This document shows positions 41,809-52,520 of a stretch of DNA of 64,000 nucleotides, piece by piece. The stretch is from Opitutales bacterium. GTDB lineage: Bacteria > Verrucomicrobiota > Verrucomicrobiia > Opitutales > UBA2987. The stretch covers positions 480,001-544,000 of the forward strand of contig CBDDEL010000013.1 of the NCBI GenBank assembly GCA_965226885.1, given 5' to 3'. The position numbers and the translations under genes were made by a program. The notes beneath the pieces are model-generated. The model searched no databases and had not been told where the DNA came from. It was given only the letters and a program-made list of their open reading frames with translations. Numbering within the stretch: the first letter of the stretch is position 1; the number at the start of each line of letters is the position of its first letter.

Positions 41809-42464
41809 ATGTGCAATTGAAAAATGGCGATATCCTGGGCATGGGAGGCAAAAACACCAATATTGACGGATTCATGCCGAAATCGGTTTCCAACGATGGC
41901 GGCAAAACCTGGAAAGTCAGCAAAACTCCGTTTCCCGCTTTAGCCTCCAACCAGAGGCCCACCATCATACGGCTGCAAAGTGGACGGCTTTTCTTTGCTG
42001 CGGATTTTCAAAAAAGGGGAGGGGGGCAACCCTTGGGAATTACTCAGAAAGGCGCTTTTGCGGCGCTTTCCGAGGACGAAGGGAAGACTTGGAAGATTAA
42101 AAAAATACCTGGCACATTGCTCCATGAAACCGATCAGCCGTGGGGCGAAACTCTCGGTTATTCCGTGGTCCGCCAGGCCCCTAACGGCATCATTCATTTG
42201 ATCACGACGATGAACCATCCCAGCCTGCATTTTGCCCTCAATGAAGCCTGGATTTTGTCGGAAAAAGGAAAATACTCAGAACAAAAAATGACGAACCCCG
42301 ATTCGGGAGAACTTTCAAAAGTGAAACATTTTGTGGAAGTGCATTCCAATGGAGAATCCAGGATTGAAGGCAGTGGCGGTATCGCCGAAGACGGTCGTTA
42401 CTTATTGGAGGGACCCCAGGTTTGGAAATATGCCAACGGTAATAAAAAGTTGGAAACCGCCTTC

Positions 42465-42518
42465 GAGAGAGGACGCAAGGCAGGCAAGGAAGAGAGAGGA
42501 CGCAAGGCAGGCAAGGAA
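42465..42518. repeat. Perfect tandem duplication, 27 bp x2 (in frame)
   Basis: GAGAGAGGACGCAAGGCAGGCAAGGAA twice = ERGRKAGKE x2. Confidence 0.97.
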
Positions 42519-42735
42519 ACCTATTGGAATATCGATGGAAAGAAAATCTGGCAGTGGGAGCATGATTCCAAGGGGATTTCCCGATGGATCCAATGGTGGC
42601 CTAACGGACAATTAAAAGCGCAATCGAGCTGGCAAAATGGGAGATGCGAAGGCATGGCCAGAACCTGGGATTATCACGGGAACCTCATAAGCAAGGTCGA
42701 ATTTTCCGACGGCAAACCTGTCGGTTGATGGAAAG

Positions 42736-42783
42736 AGGTGTCAGGTTTCAGGAAAAAATGTCGAGTCCAGACACCTGAACACT
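42736..42783. terminator. Imperfect hairpin between convergent genes
   Basis: GGTGTCAGGTTTCAGG ... CCAGACACCTGAACAC inverted arms built from TCAGGTK units. Confidence 0.4.
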
Positions 42784-42793
42784 ACATTCCCCA

Positions 42794-44548
42794 TCAGGGA
42801 GAATATTCGTCAGCCCCGATATCGACTCCGCCATTTAAAGGGCGATCCTCCAAATCCATGTCATTTTTCGCCCCAAAGTCGTTATGACCTGCATCGATAC
42901 AGGGAGAGCCGGCTTTCAGGTGATAGGTCGGCATTATTTCAAAATCGGATATGTCTGAATAACCCGATCTAGAAAAATCTCCCCAGACATTGATTTTTCC
43001 AGCATCATTCGAGGCCACTACTCCCCATTTTTCACCAACCTTGATAACGCGCCCGGAGAGATCTTCATTCTCAGAATCGGCGTATTTCAGGCTGGTCATA
43101 AAATGCCTGTGGTCGAACGCACTGACCACGGCGCTGCCCTTTTTCCCGTTATCCACAAATTGCGGATCCCCGATGAAATTGCCTTCCCCTTCGTAACCTC
43201 TGGTCAAATTGTTGTAGGTCAGTTCGACGGCCGTTTCTATTTCAATCAAGCCGTGAATGATGTTGTTCCGATAGGCTCCGGGAATCAGGCCTTCCTTTGT
43301 TTCGGTGTGGTAGAGACCGTCCGTGATGGTGTTGTTTACGAGCAGGATGTCGGAGCGCTGAAAGTAAACATGGCCCACGTTTTCGGCCATGATATTGTTT
43401 TTCAATTCCACCCGGCTTTCCATGGTTATGCGCATGGAACCGGAATTGTGGGACGAATTATCGTTGCCCATGATTACATTGTTGAGGATGCGCACCAAAA
43501 AGTCCTCCTTCGGCGGCGGCGTATCCAGGGGTGTGCCATAGTGGTGTTTTTGTCCCCCGACAAAGATGGCACCGGCATCATCGCCGCCTATATTTCCGAC
43601 CAAGATATTGCCCGCGATGAGCGGAGACGACCACAGCGCTACAAAGATTCCGCCGACATCATTTCCATTTAACGACTCGTTGTTGCTGATGACGTTTCCG
43701 ACAATTTTTGGGTGCGACCAATCGTAAACGGATATGGCGCCGCCATCAGCGCTGCGGGCAATGTCGATCAGGCCCGTAACGTTATTGGAAAATACATTGT
43801 GGGCGATGGTGGGGGAGGAATAATTGTCGCAGGTAACTCCGGCCCCGCGGCCGATCTCCGTGCGGTTTCCCGCAAAAATATTGTTAGAGATATTGGGCGA
43901 GGCCATATTATTGCACATGATGGCTCCGCCGTCGTTGGCTACCTCGTGCCATTTAGGCGGATCCCAATCGGTGGGAGCGTAAGTCATGTTGTCGATAAAA
44001 ACATTATTGGTAATGTCAGGAGACGAATTTTCGCACAAAATTCCCGCTCCTTTTCCTCGAACCCTGCCCCGTTTGACGATAAAGCCGTCTAGTTTTGCAT
44101 GATCCGCGCCCACAACTACACGACGCATCAGGCCACCATCGAGAATGGTTGGATTTTCAAAAATGTCCCTGCTCCAATCGGAAGCATTGTGACCGCCGTA
44201 CAAATCCACGTAAGGCTGAAGGGCGAGTGTCCTACCAGAGTATTTACCCTCGGCGACTAAAACCGCATACCGCTTTTCGGGGCCGGCATCCGTTATAGTT
44301 GAAAGGGCGTGGGAAATGGTTGCCGATGGTCTGGCGGAACTCCCATCGCAATCGGTGTCCGACCCGGTTTTGGCGGAAACATGGCTGACTCCCCGATATT
44401 CGCTCAAATCGACGGCCAGGGTTTTTGGGCCGATATTATTGGGATCGAATTTGTAGGATTCTTCCCCTCCTTGTGTAGCAACTTGAATTGTTAAGAACAG
44501 ACAGAAGGCTGCACAGGACCGTTTAATCATAATTGCGACTTTATTCAT
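42794..44548 (-). CDS. Secreted right-handed parallel beta-helix protein
   Basis: Signal peptide; repeated GGAI/SSPxIxNNxFxxN motifs; C-terminal YHLKAGSPCIDAG...VDIGADEY. Confidence 0.85.
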   Translation of the reverse strand: MNKVAIMIKRSCAAFCLFLTIQVATQGGEESYKFDPNNIGPKTLAVDLSEYRGVSHVSAKTGSDTDCDGSSARPSATISHALSTITDAGPEKRYAVLVAEGKYSGRTLALQPYVDLYGGHNASDWSRDIFENPTILDGGLMRRVVVGADHAKLDGFIVKRGRVRGKGAGILCENSSPDITNNVFIDNMTYAPTDWDPPKWHEVANDGGAIMCNNMASPNISNNIFAGNRTEIGRGAGVTCDNYSSPTIAHNVFSNNVTGLIDIARSADGGAISVYDWSHPKIVGNVISNNESLNGNDVGGIFVALWSSPLIAGNILVGNIGGDDAGAIFVGGQKHHYGTPLDTPPPKEDFLVRILNNVIMGNDNSSHNSGSMRITMESRVELKNNIMAENVGHVYFQRSDILLVNNTITDGLYHTETKEGLIPGAYRNNIIHGLIEIETAVELTYNNLTRGYEGEGNFIGDPQFVDNGKKGSAVVSAFDHRHFMTSLKYADSENEDLSGRVIKVGEKWGVVASNDAGKINVWGDFSRSGYSDISDFEIMPTYHLKAGSPCIDAGHNDFGAKNDMDLEDRPLNGGVDIGADEYSP

Positions 44549-44596
44549 GGTAGCTCTATTCAGTTTGTGTGTCTTTATTTTCAGCCTCCATCGATT

Positions 44597-45862
44597 TTAT
44601 CGATCATGGATGGAGCCGTCTTCAAAACGCGGTCCATGCCAGTGTTTTTCGACATAGGGCCGCTTGGCGGCTTCTTTTTCGTTCAAATCGATGCCGAGTC
44701 CCGCGCGGTCAGGCGGAAGTGCGAATCCGTTTTCGTAAGTGACGGCGGCGCCGGAAAAAAGGTCGTCCCACACTGGCTTTTCGGAACCGCTGACCTCAAG
44801 TATGGTAGCATTGGGAGTGGCCACGCAGAAATGGAGGGAGGCAAAAGTGCAAACACGGCTGTTGGGGTTGTGGGGAAGTATTTCTATGCGAAAGGTGTCC
44901 GCCAGTGACGCTATCTTGCGCATTTCCAGGATTCCGCCGCAATGGGTCACATCGGGCTGGACATAATCGACGAGGTGCCGCGAGCAGATTTCACCGAAAG
45001 CGTATTTGGTGAAGAGGCGCTCCCCGGTGGCCAATGGCACGGTGGTATGGGCGCGTAAATGGGCCAACTCTCCGAGGTCTTCCGCCTGGGTGGGTTCCTC
45101 CACGAAATGGGGCCGGTAGGGCTCCACCTGGCGACAGAAATCCACCGCCATGGTTGTGGTGGCTTTGCCGTGCAGGTCGATGCAAATGCGGAACTCGTCC
45201 CCGACCGCTTCCCGGATGGCTTTAACCCGGGCCACCGCGTCGCGCACCGCAAATTCCGGATTCATGATATTATTGGGGGTGGCCAGCATGCCAGATTTTC
45301 CCGCCGTCCAGCCCTCCTCCTTGGCCTTGAGCCATTTTTCGGCCATTTCCTCGGGAGTGTCTCCGCCACCAGGCTTGCCATAAACGCGCACTTTGTCTCT
45401 GGCCTTGCCCCCGAGCAATTGCCAGATGGGCTGCTCCAAAGCCTGCCCCAGGATATCCCAAAGGGCGATTTCCACTGCGCTGATGGCCGACACGATTATG
45501 GGGCCGCCCCGATACCTGGGGCCCCGATACATGGCCTGCCAATGGCGCTCGATCTCGGTCGGGTCTTTGCCCACCAGGTAGCGCTTATGCTCCATGATGG
45601 CGTGGGACATGGTCAAACCCTTGGAAGGAAAAGTTCCTTCCCCCAAACCAACTATACCCTTATTGGTATAAATTTTGACGAAAACGTAATTTTCATCGCC
45701 CCCGGCATGGACCAGGAATGTTTTCAGATCGGTAACCTTCAAGTTGAGTGGACGGGCCTTTTCCCTTACTTCAGCCAGAAGTTGGGAGGGCGTTGAAAGC
45801 GAGGCAAACGCGGCCAGAGCCGATCCGCCCATTGATAATCTAAAAAAATCTCTTCTTTTCAT
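44597..45862 (-). CDS. Mandelate racemase/enolase-superfamily acid-sugar dehydratase (DgoD-like) with Tat signal
   Basis: MKRRDFF leader; YRGGPIIVSAISAVEIALWDILG, IDLHG, FVEEP, ATGERL, QPDVTHCGGI, PHN. Confidence 0.9.
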   Translation of the reverse strand: MKRRDFFRLSMGGSALAAFASLSTPSQLLAEVREKARPLNLKVTDLKTFLVHAGGDENYVFVKIYTNKGIVGLGEGTFPSKGLTMSHAIMEHKRYLVGKDPTEIERHWQAMYRGPRYRGGPIIVSAISAVEIALWDILGQALEQPIWQLLGGKARDKVRVYGKPGGGDTPEEMAEKWLKAKEEGWTAGKSGMLATPNNIMNPEFAVRDAVARVKAIREAVGDEFRICIDLHGKATTTMAVDFCRQVEPYRPHFVEEPTQAEDLGELAHLRAHTTVPLATGERLFTKYAFGEICSRHLVDYVQPDVTHCGGILEMRKIASLADTFRIEILPHNPNSRVCTFASLHFCVATPNATILEVSGSEKPVWDDLFSGAAVTYENGFALPPDRAGLGIDLNEKEAAKRPYVEKHWHGPRFEDGSIHDR

Positions 45863-46141
45863 TTTAACCTACGAGTCCTTTCCGTATTTCAATGAGTGTA
45901 CTTTAAAATTTAAAATCACTACCTTGCAATTTAATTATATTGGCACCGATGAACCGCATGAATCAAGGTCTAATTCATGGCAACTTTATTTTCTCCAAAA
46001 AGAAAATTTTTAAGTTTGAAACAACATACATCTTCATAAGCGGTAATGATATATAAATTTGTTGCTCGCAGAAAAACATTCAGTATCTAAATTTTGAAAA
46101 TACACCCTTAATTGTACCATTTTTGAAGTATGGTTTAAGAT

Positions 46142-46912
46142 ATGAAATTAAAAATCGCACAAATCAAGATTCCGCCGGAAAAAGGCAAATTAATCGAAAA
46201 TTACCGACGATTGACAGACGTCCTGGCCGAAGTAGCTCCCTCCCGTCCAGATGTGGTAATTACTTCCGAGTGCTATCTGGACGGATATATTATAACCGAG
46301 GATTGCGTTTCCAAGGAGCAATTGGCCGAATATGCGATCGATCCAAGTAATTCGAAAATAGTAAATGAATTATCGCAATGGGCTGCTGATAATAAAACCT
46401 GGTTTATCTTTGGTTGCATGAGAAAAACCGAAGAAGGCGTCTATAATTCGGCCCTGATTATTAATCGGGATGGACTATTGGTAGATATTTATGACAAAAC
46501 GCATTGCCAGCGCCATGACAAAAAATTTATTTCCGGAAATCGACTGCCTGTTTTCGACTCCGACTTCGGAAAGTTCGGGGTCCTCATCTGCGCGGACCGC
46601 AGGTGGCCGGAAACGGTCAGAACCTTAGCCCTGAAGGGAGCCAACGTCATTTTCAACCCCACTTTCGGGATGCATAATGACATGAATCTATGCATGATGC
46701 GCACCCGGTCCTTTGAAAGTGAAATTTTTATCGCATTCACGCATGCCAAACAGGCCCTGATTACCTCTCCATTTGGAGAAATCATAAACAATTCGACATC
46801 GGCGGAAGAAAAATTCACGGTCAACGAGATCGATTTCTCGGAAATAGAAAAGAAGCGGAAAAAAAGCATGCATTTACAGGACAGGCGGCCCGAATTGTAC
46901 GAATTGGATTAA
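46142..46912 (+). CDS. Carbon-nitrogen hydrolase (nitrilase superfamily)
   Basis: E-K-C triad: TSECYLDGY, YDKTH, LICADRRWPE. Confidence 0.92.
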   Translation: MKLKIAQIKIPPEKGKLIENYRRLTDVLAEVAPSRPDVVITSECYLDGYIITEDCVSKEQLAEYAIDPSNSKIVNELSQWAADNKTWFIFGCMRKTEEGVYNSALIINRDGLLVDIYDKTHCQRHDKKFISGNRLPVFDSDFGKFGVLICADRRWPETVRTLALKGANVIFNPTFGMHNDMNLCMMRTRSFESEIFIAFTHAKQALITSPFGEIINNSTSAEEKFTVNEIDFSEIEKKRKKSMHLQDRRPELYELD

Positions 46913-46966
46913 GAAAAATCGCCATTTATAGCAGATGAATGCATAATTTTAAAAGTTAGACCAACG

Positions 46967-47965
46967 ATGCACAGTTATATCATCAGGCGGATATTCAACA
47001 TGGTGCCGACATTGATACTGATATCAATGGCCAGTTTTATCGTTATCCAATTGCCACCGGGGGACATGCTGACCTCGAAACTGGCCAAGCTGGAAGAGCA
47101 GGGGGAATTGGGTTCGGAGAGCGCCCTGGAGCAGGTCATGGTATTGCGAGAACGCTACGGTCTTAACGACCCGCTCTATGTGCAATATTTCAGGTGGATC
47201 GGAAATATCGTGCTGCACCTGGATTTTGGAGAATCGTTCACCTTCGAAATGGATGTTATCGAGCTATTGTCGAAACGCATGGGGCTAACCCTTCTGATGA
47301 CTATGTGTACCCTCGTATTCACTTGGATGGTGGCTATTCCAATCGGCGTTTATTCGGCCACCCGGCCGTATTCGATCGGCGATTATGGTTTTACCTTTAT
47401 CGGGTTCGTCGGTTTGGCAACGCCCAATTTTCTGCTCGCCCTTATATTTCTCTATTTACAGGTGACCGTCTTTGAGACCCAATCGGTGGGCGGTCTCTTG
47501 TCCCCGGAATTTGTGGGCGCGCCCTGGACTTTGGCCAAAGTTAAGGATTTAATGACCCATATTTGGGTGCCGATCATTGTCATCGGGGCCAGTGGAACGG
47601 CTTCCATTATTCGGGTAATGCGGGGCAACCTGTTGGATGTTCTCGGGCAGCAGCATATCCAGACGGGCAGGGCCAAAGGATTGCGGGAGGTAAAGGTCAT
47701 CGCCAAGTACGGCGTTCGCATTGCCATCAATCCATTGGTAAGCCGGCTCGGAATGGAATTGCCGAGTCTTCTATCGGGCGCCGTGGTCACCGGGATCGTG
47801 CTTGGGCTGCCTACCGCCGGTCCTTTGTTTCTAACCGCTCTTACCTCTCAGGACATGTATCTGGCGGGGGCCTTTTTGCTTTTGTCTTCCACTTTTCTGC
47901 TGGTTGGCAATTTGTTCGCTGATATCGCCCTGGCCTGGCTGGACCCGAGGATTCGCTATGGATAA
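46967..47965 (+). CDS. ABC permease (OppB/DppB type)
   Basis: YIIRR, YGLNDPLYVQY, EAA-like TGRAKGL, ends LDPRIR. Confidence 0.94.
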   Translation: MHSYIIRRIFNMVPTLILISMASFIVIQLPPGDMLTSKLAKLEEQGELGSESALEQVMVLRERYGLNDPLYVQYFRWIGNIVLHLDFGESFTFEMDVIELLSKRMGLTLLMTMCTLVFTWMVAIPIGVYSATRPYSIGDYGFTFIGFVGLATPNFLLALIFLYLQVTVFETQSVGGLLSPEFVGAPWTLAKVKDLMTHIWVPIIVIGASGTASIIRVMRGNLLDVLGQQHIQTGRAKGLREVKVIAKYGVRIAINPLVSRLGMELPSLLSGAVVTGIVLGLPTAGPLFLTALTSQDMYLAGAFLLLSSTFLLVGNLFADIALAWLDPRIRYG

Positions 47966-49115
47966 GGATAACAAGGCATCCATGGAACGAACCGCTGAAC
48001 CTACGGTTTCAGGGGATGAAGGGTCGCAAGCCGTTAGCGTCAGTTATTCCCAGAAACGCTTGATCTGGAAACGATTCCTCAGGCACAAAGCGGGCGTAGC
48101 TGGCGGAATCATCGTTTTGATTGCGTGTTTCTGTTTTCTTTTCGCTGAATTTCTGGCTCCTCACGAAGTTTCCCGCCGCTACTTTCAATACGTTTATCTG
48201 CCTCCTCAAGGCGTCCATTTATTTTCCGAGGACGGCTTTCACGCGCGGCCTTTCGTTTACGGGATCAAAAGCGTGATCAGTGCTGAGGACGGTCTCAAAC
48301 GTTTTTATGAGGATACCACAGTAAGATACCCGATATATTTTTTTGTTGAGGGTGACACCTATAAATTTCTCTGGCTCTTTGAGACGGACATTCATTTTTT
48401 CGGCACGGGCAAAGGCAATCCGTTTTTCCTGTGCGGGACCGACCGTTTTGGGCGCGATATGTTTTCGCGGTTGTTGTCGGGGGGGCGCGTTACATTTACG
48501 GTAGGTTTGCTGGCTGTATTTCTGAGCCTGACATTGGGGACGACTTTAGGGCTTATTTCGGGCTACTATGGCGGGGTCATTGACAATCTAATACAGAGAA
48601 CCATCGAGCTGATTTTCGCCTTTCCCAGTATTCCTATTCTCATGGCGTTGAGCGCGCTTTTGCCCCCGCAATGGCCATCCTATTTGACATTTCTGGGTAT
48701 TATAACGGTTTTATCTTTTATTGGCTGGGGGGGGCTGGCTCGTGAAATCAGGGGCAAAACCCTGGCCATCAGCGAATCCGACTTCGTTCTCGCAGCCCGT
48801 GTCAGCGGGGCCAAAGACCGGAGAATCATTTTCGTCCACCTGCTGCCCTCCATGTTCAGCCATATAATCGTTATTTCAACGCTGGCTGTTCCAGGATTCA
48901 TCCTACATGAAAGCACCTTGAGTTTCCTCGGGCTAGGCATCAAGCCGCCCTTGACCAGTTGGGGACTGCTATTATCCGACGCCATGAATTTGCACGCGCT
49001 CAGCCTGTATCCGTGGCTCTTGATTCCTGGCGCCTGTATCCTGGTGGCGGTCTTGTCCCTCAATTTCCTGGGTGACGGCATCCGGGACGCGGCCGCTCCT
49101 TATTCCACTTATTGA
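47958..49115 (+). CDS. ABC permease (OppC/DppC type)
   Basis: GTDRFGRDMFSR, FVLAARVSGA, ESTLSFLGLG, NFLGDGIRDA. Confidence 0.94.
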   Translation: MDKDNKASMERTAEPTVSGDEGSQAVSVSYSQKRLIWKRFLRHKAGVAGGIIVLIACFCFLFAEFLAPHEVSRRYFQYVYLPPQGVHLFSEDGFHARPFVYGIKSVISAEDGLKRFYEDTTVRYPIYFFVEGDTYKFLWLFETDIHFFGTGKGNPFFLCGTDRFGRDMFSRLLSGGRVTFTVGLLAVFLSLTLGTTLGLISGYYGGVIDNLIQRTIELIFAFPSIPILMALSALLPPQWPSYLTFLGIITVLSFIGWGGLAREIRGKTLAISESDFVLAARVSGAKDRRIIFVHLLPSMFSHIIVISTLAVPGFILHESTLSFLGLGIKPPLTSWGLLLSDAMNLHALSLYPWLLIPGACILVAVLSLNFLGDGIRDAAAPYSTY

Positions 49116-49134
49116 GGTGGAGATCGATCGGCCA

Positions 49135-50865
49135 TCAGTGGGACATTTGGCTTAGTTTCAGAGTGAGAGAATCTATCACCTCGTCGTCGATATTTATGAT
49201 CTGAAAAGTGAGTTTGGGATCGTCTTTTTCCGTATCGAAGTTGAGAACGCCGAATGAGCACTTTTCGATATAGGCCATGAGGGCGCCGGGCATGATGTCG
49301 CTACTGATCATATTGGTCAGACGCGCGCTCTGTAAATCGTAAAGCGGATAGCCCTCATCCCTGTCAATTTTCCAAGCATCAGTCCTGTGCCGGTCGGAAG
49401 AGAGCAGGACGACTCCCTCGATTTTGCGGTTATTGAGGAAAGAGAAAATTTCATTTCTTTCGGCCGGAAACCCTCTCCAGGTATCGACGCTGGTGGGCTT
49501 GGCCCGAAAAGCCCAGGGAACCGGGGAAACGATTACCTTGAAAGTAGCCTGCGATTCTTTCAGGCTGTTTAAGAGCCATTTTTTCTGAACGGGCCCGAGC
49601 ATGCTGGGGTTTTCCCATAATGGATTGGTTCGGTAAAACCTTCCGTCGAGCATAAAAAAGTCGATGTCTCCCAGGGAAAACCGGAACCAGCAACCCGGCG
49701 TCGTCTCTTCATCGCCATAAGCCGGATTGTTCCAGTTATTGCGGAAAAGACGCCATAGCGGAATCTTCCATTTAGGCTGGTCGGTATAGGGCCCCATCCA
49801 GATATCGTCCATGGCGCAATCGTGGTCGTCCCAAATCGAGTAAACGGGTGTCGAACGGACAAGGCGTCGAAATTCGAGCCGTGATTGCCGGCGGTAATAG
49901 GTGTAATCATGCAAGGGGCCGGGAAAACCGGGAAGGTCGATATAGACGTTGTCGCCCAGGGTCAGGAAAGCGTCATAACGGTGCGATGAAATAATATCCC
50001 AAATGCGTTCGTTCCATGGGGTATAACCGGCGCCGCCGCCAAAGGCTATGTGGAAACGCCCGGAACTGCCTTTGGCCGGAAAGGTGCGAAAGGAGGGCAA
50101 GTTTGGGGTCAGGGAGGCAACGCCATCGATTAATACCTCGTAGAAATATTCAGTTCCGGGACTGAGTCCATCGACTTCCACAACGGCGGTGTAATCCCGG
50201 TCCGCGCGGGAAGTTATCTTAGGCGATTTTATGGGATCGGTCAAATTCGGAGACGTGCTCAGACGCGCCTCAACCTGTCGTATTTTATCCGTGCGAACCC
50301 AGAATTTTGCGCTCTTGTCCGTAACCGATCCCACCATGGGTCCGTGGATCAGCCTGATGGCAAACTCCGCATCCAGGTCTTTGAATTGTCTGGTTTCCCT
50401 CAGCGGTTTCAGCAAATCCCTTGGTCCGGCCAGAAAACGCCCGAAGGGAAGACCGGCCTTAAGGGCGCGCATCATTGAAGTGACCGCTTCTTCCATCCGC
50501 CCCATTTGGCAATGGGCAATGGTTAAATTAAACAAAGATTCCTGGTCATTGGGATCGTCCGCCAAGATAGCCTGGCATAATTCGACGGCTTCATCATTCC
50601 TTCCCTCCATAATGGCCAAAATCTGCCGTTGTCCCCTGCGTTTGTAGGAGACTGCCGATTTTTCGGGGCCGAAAGCCCGGCGGTTCCAGGCGCTTTCGCT
50701 TCCGTAATAGGGCAGGGGAGAACCATTCAAATAGGCATCGGGCGGTGCATTTTGTTTGCTCTCATCATCCTGGCCTGAAATGATTCCCGGGAGCAGCCCG
50801 ATTAAGAGCCCGCATAAAAGTCCGGTTTTCAAACCTGGACTGTGTCTTTTACTTTTTTTTGCCAT
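49135..50865 (-). CDS. PhoD-like alkaline phosphatase/phosphodiesterase with N-terminal TPR
   Basis: LGDNVY, WDDHD, LDGRFYR, SSDRH; signal peptide. Confidence 0.88.
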   Translation of the reverse strand: MAKKSKRHSPGLKTGLLCGLLIGLLPGIISGQDDESKQNAPPDAYLNGSPLPYYGSESAWNRRAFGPEKSAVSYKRRGQRQILAIMEGRNDEAVELCQAILADDPNDQESLFNLTIAHCQMGRMEEAVTSMMRALKAGLPFGRFLAGPRDLLKPLRETRQFKDLDAEFAIRLIHGPMVGSVTDKSAKFWVRTDKIRQVEARLSTSPNLTDPIKSPKITSRADRDYTAVVEVDGLSPGTEYFYEVLIDGVASLTPNLPSFRTFPAKGSSGRFHIAFGGGAGYTPWNERIWDIISSHRYDAFLTLGDNVYIDLPGFPGPLHDYTYYRRQSRLEFRRLVRSTPVYSIWDDHDCAMDDIWMGPYTDQPKWKIPLWRLFRNNWNNPAYGDEETTPGCWFRFSLGDIDFFMLDGRFYRTNPLWENPSMLGPVQKKWLLNSLKESQATFKVIVSPVPWAFRAKPTSVDTWRGFPAERNEIFSFLNNRKIEGVVLLSSDRHRTDAWKIDRDEGYPLYDLQSARLTNMISSDIMPGALMAYIEKCSFGVLNFDTEKDDPKLTFQIINIDDEVIDSLTLKLSQMSH

Positions 50866-52358
50866 TGGTGAATATTTTTGGTTAAACGTTGGATCGTATC
50901 CTTGTAGCCACTCGTGTAGTAAAGATTGTTCATTTCGTGAGGATCTTCCGCCAGGTTGAATAATTGATGCTTGTCAACATCGCTCAGGCAGAGTTTCCAA
51001 AGGTCGGGGGAAATCACGGTGCGGACCGACTCCCTGCTCATCCGGGCAATGTCTTCCTGAGAGCAAAGTTGCGTATTCTCCAGAAAATTGGGTGGCTTGT
51101 TAGCGGGATTCCATTGTATGAAGGCGTGTTTTTCGGCCACTTCCCCTCCATTGGCTAGCGAGGCTAAACTTTGACCGGGTAAGGAGTCTCCGATGCCTTT
51201 TGCATGCAGGAGTTCCAACAAGGTCGGGATGATGTCGATTTGACTGACTGGATGTTCTACCGTGAGGGAACGCCCATTCATTTGCGGAATTTTCAACAGG
51301 AAAGGAACTCGGGAGGAGCCGTCATACATCAATTGTTTATGCAGTATATGGTGGTCTCCCAACATTTCGCCGTGTTCGCTCGTAAAAACCACGATGGTGT
51401 TGCCGGCAACTCCGGCCTCCTCCAAGGATGCGAGCAATCCGCCTATGCTCCGGTCGATTTGGCTGACCCGGCCCCAGTAGAGCGCCTTGAACTTGCGATA
51501 TTCATCCGGATTTCCGCGGTACTCGTCCCAAAAAAATTCCTGAAACAAACGGTAGCGCAAAGGATCGTTTTCCCCCAAAACCTTGTCGAAGCTGGGGGCC
51601 AGCTCCATTTCTTCCGCTTGGTATTTATTTTCAAACGGTCCCGCCAAGGGTGGGTGAGGTCCTAAAAAACTTGTGTAGAGAATAAACGGGTTCCGGCGGT
51701 TGCGGAAAATGAATTCCCTGGCCTTGTGTTCCATGAATTTCGGTTTGGAGTGTTCCAAGGGCAAAGATGCGGAAAAACTTCGCTGAAAAATATTGTCTTC
51801 ATCGGGTTTGTAGCCCAGTTCCTTCAAATAATCGTGGTAGGCGCTTCTGGCTGTTGGATCGCGACCTTCGCTGTAACGATGCGCGTAGCTGTCCTCTATG
51901 CTAACCCATTCATCAAACCCGTGCTGCCGAAACACTTCGTCGCCCAGATGCCACTTTCCCATGTAGGCGGAGCTGTAATCGGAATCGTTGAGCAGCCCGG
52001 GAAGACAGGCGGTGTCCGCGCGGAGAGGAATATTATTGGAGGTGCAGCCATTGGTATGCGGCCAGAGGCCAGTCATGATGGAGGACCTCGCCGGGGTGCA
52101 AACCGGTTGAGTCACATAGGCTCTTTTGAACACGATACTCTCACTGGCCAGCTTGTTGAGATGGGGCGCTTCGATCTTTGTGTTGCCGTAGGCGGCAAAA
52201 GTGTCGAAACGCTGCTGGTCCGTTAGAATGAAGAGAACATTGGGCTTATGACTCTTTCCCGATCCCGTCCCTTTGTTGGCATAGCTCCCTAAGGTGGATA
52301 AGGAAACACTACCCAGAGCCGCTTTTTTCAGAAATTTCCGACGAGAAATCGAATTCAT
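50829..52358 (-). CDS. Sulfatase (S1, Cys-type) with Tat signal
   Basis: SRRKFLK; TDQQR; CTPARSSIMTG (CxPxR); GKWHLG. Confidence 0.94.
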   Translation of the reverse strand: MNSISRRKFLKKAALGSVSLSTLGSYANKGTGSGKSHKPNVLFILTDQQRFDTFAAYGNTKIEAPHLNKLASESIVFKRAYVTQPVCTPARSSIMTGLWPHTNGCTSNNIPLRADTACLPGLLNDSDYSSAYMGKWHLGDEVFRQHGFDEWVSIEDSYAHRYSEGRDPTARSAYHDYLKELGYKPDEDNIFQRSFSASLPLEHSKPKFMEHKAREFIFRNRRNPFILYTSFLGPHPPLAGPFENKYQAEEMELAPSFDKVLGENDPLRYRLFQEFFWDEYRGNPDEYRKFKALYWGRVSQIDRSIGGLLASLEEAGVAGNTIVVFTSEHGEMLGDHHILHKQLMYDGSSRVPFLLKIPQMNGRSLTVEHPVSQIDIIPTLLELLHAKGIGDSLPGQSLASLANGGEVAEKHAFIQWNPANKPPNFLENTQLCSQEDIARMSRESVRTVISPDLWKLCLSDVDKHQLFNLAEDPHEMNNLYYTSGYKDTIQRLTKNIHQWQKKVKDTVQV

Positions 52359-52520
52359 GGTGAGGATCCAGGCTGAAGTTGTGAATAATCGAGAGATTAG
52401 ACGAAATTAATGCCGACAGCGTTCCATCCAAGTTCTCATTCCATTGGGGTATTGTAAATAGATTCCATGAATATTGAAAAGTATTGTTATAAACTGTAAG
52501 GTATGCAGTATAATTCAACT

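Larger units (their letters stand above)
39782..42728 (+). pseudogene. Secreted FGE/SUMF1-fold + PA14 + BNR/sialidase-like + MORN-like protein, frameshifted by a 22-bp duplication (ORFs 39782-41788, 41730-42728)
   Basis: RLPTEAEWEYACRAG; Asp-boxes STNNGASF, SKDDGATW, SNDGGKTW, SEDEGKTW; removing one repeat gives a 974-aa ORF. Confidence 0.87.

Noticed and set aside
45939..45958. TTGGCAC as a second sigma-54 promoter
   Set aside because: No GC at the required -12 spacing
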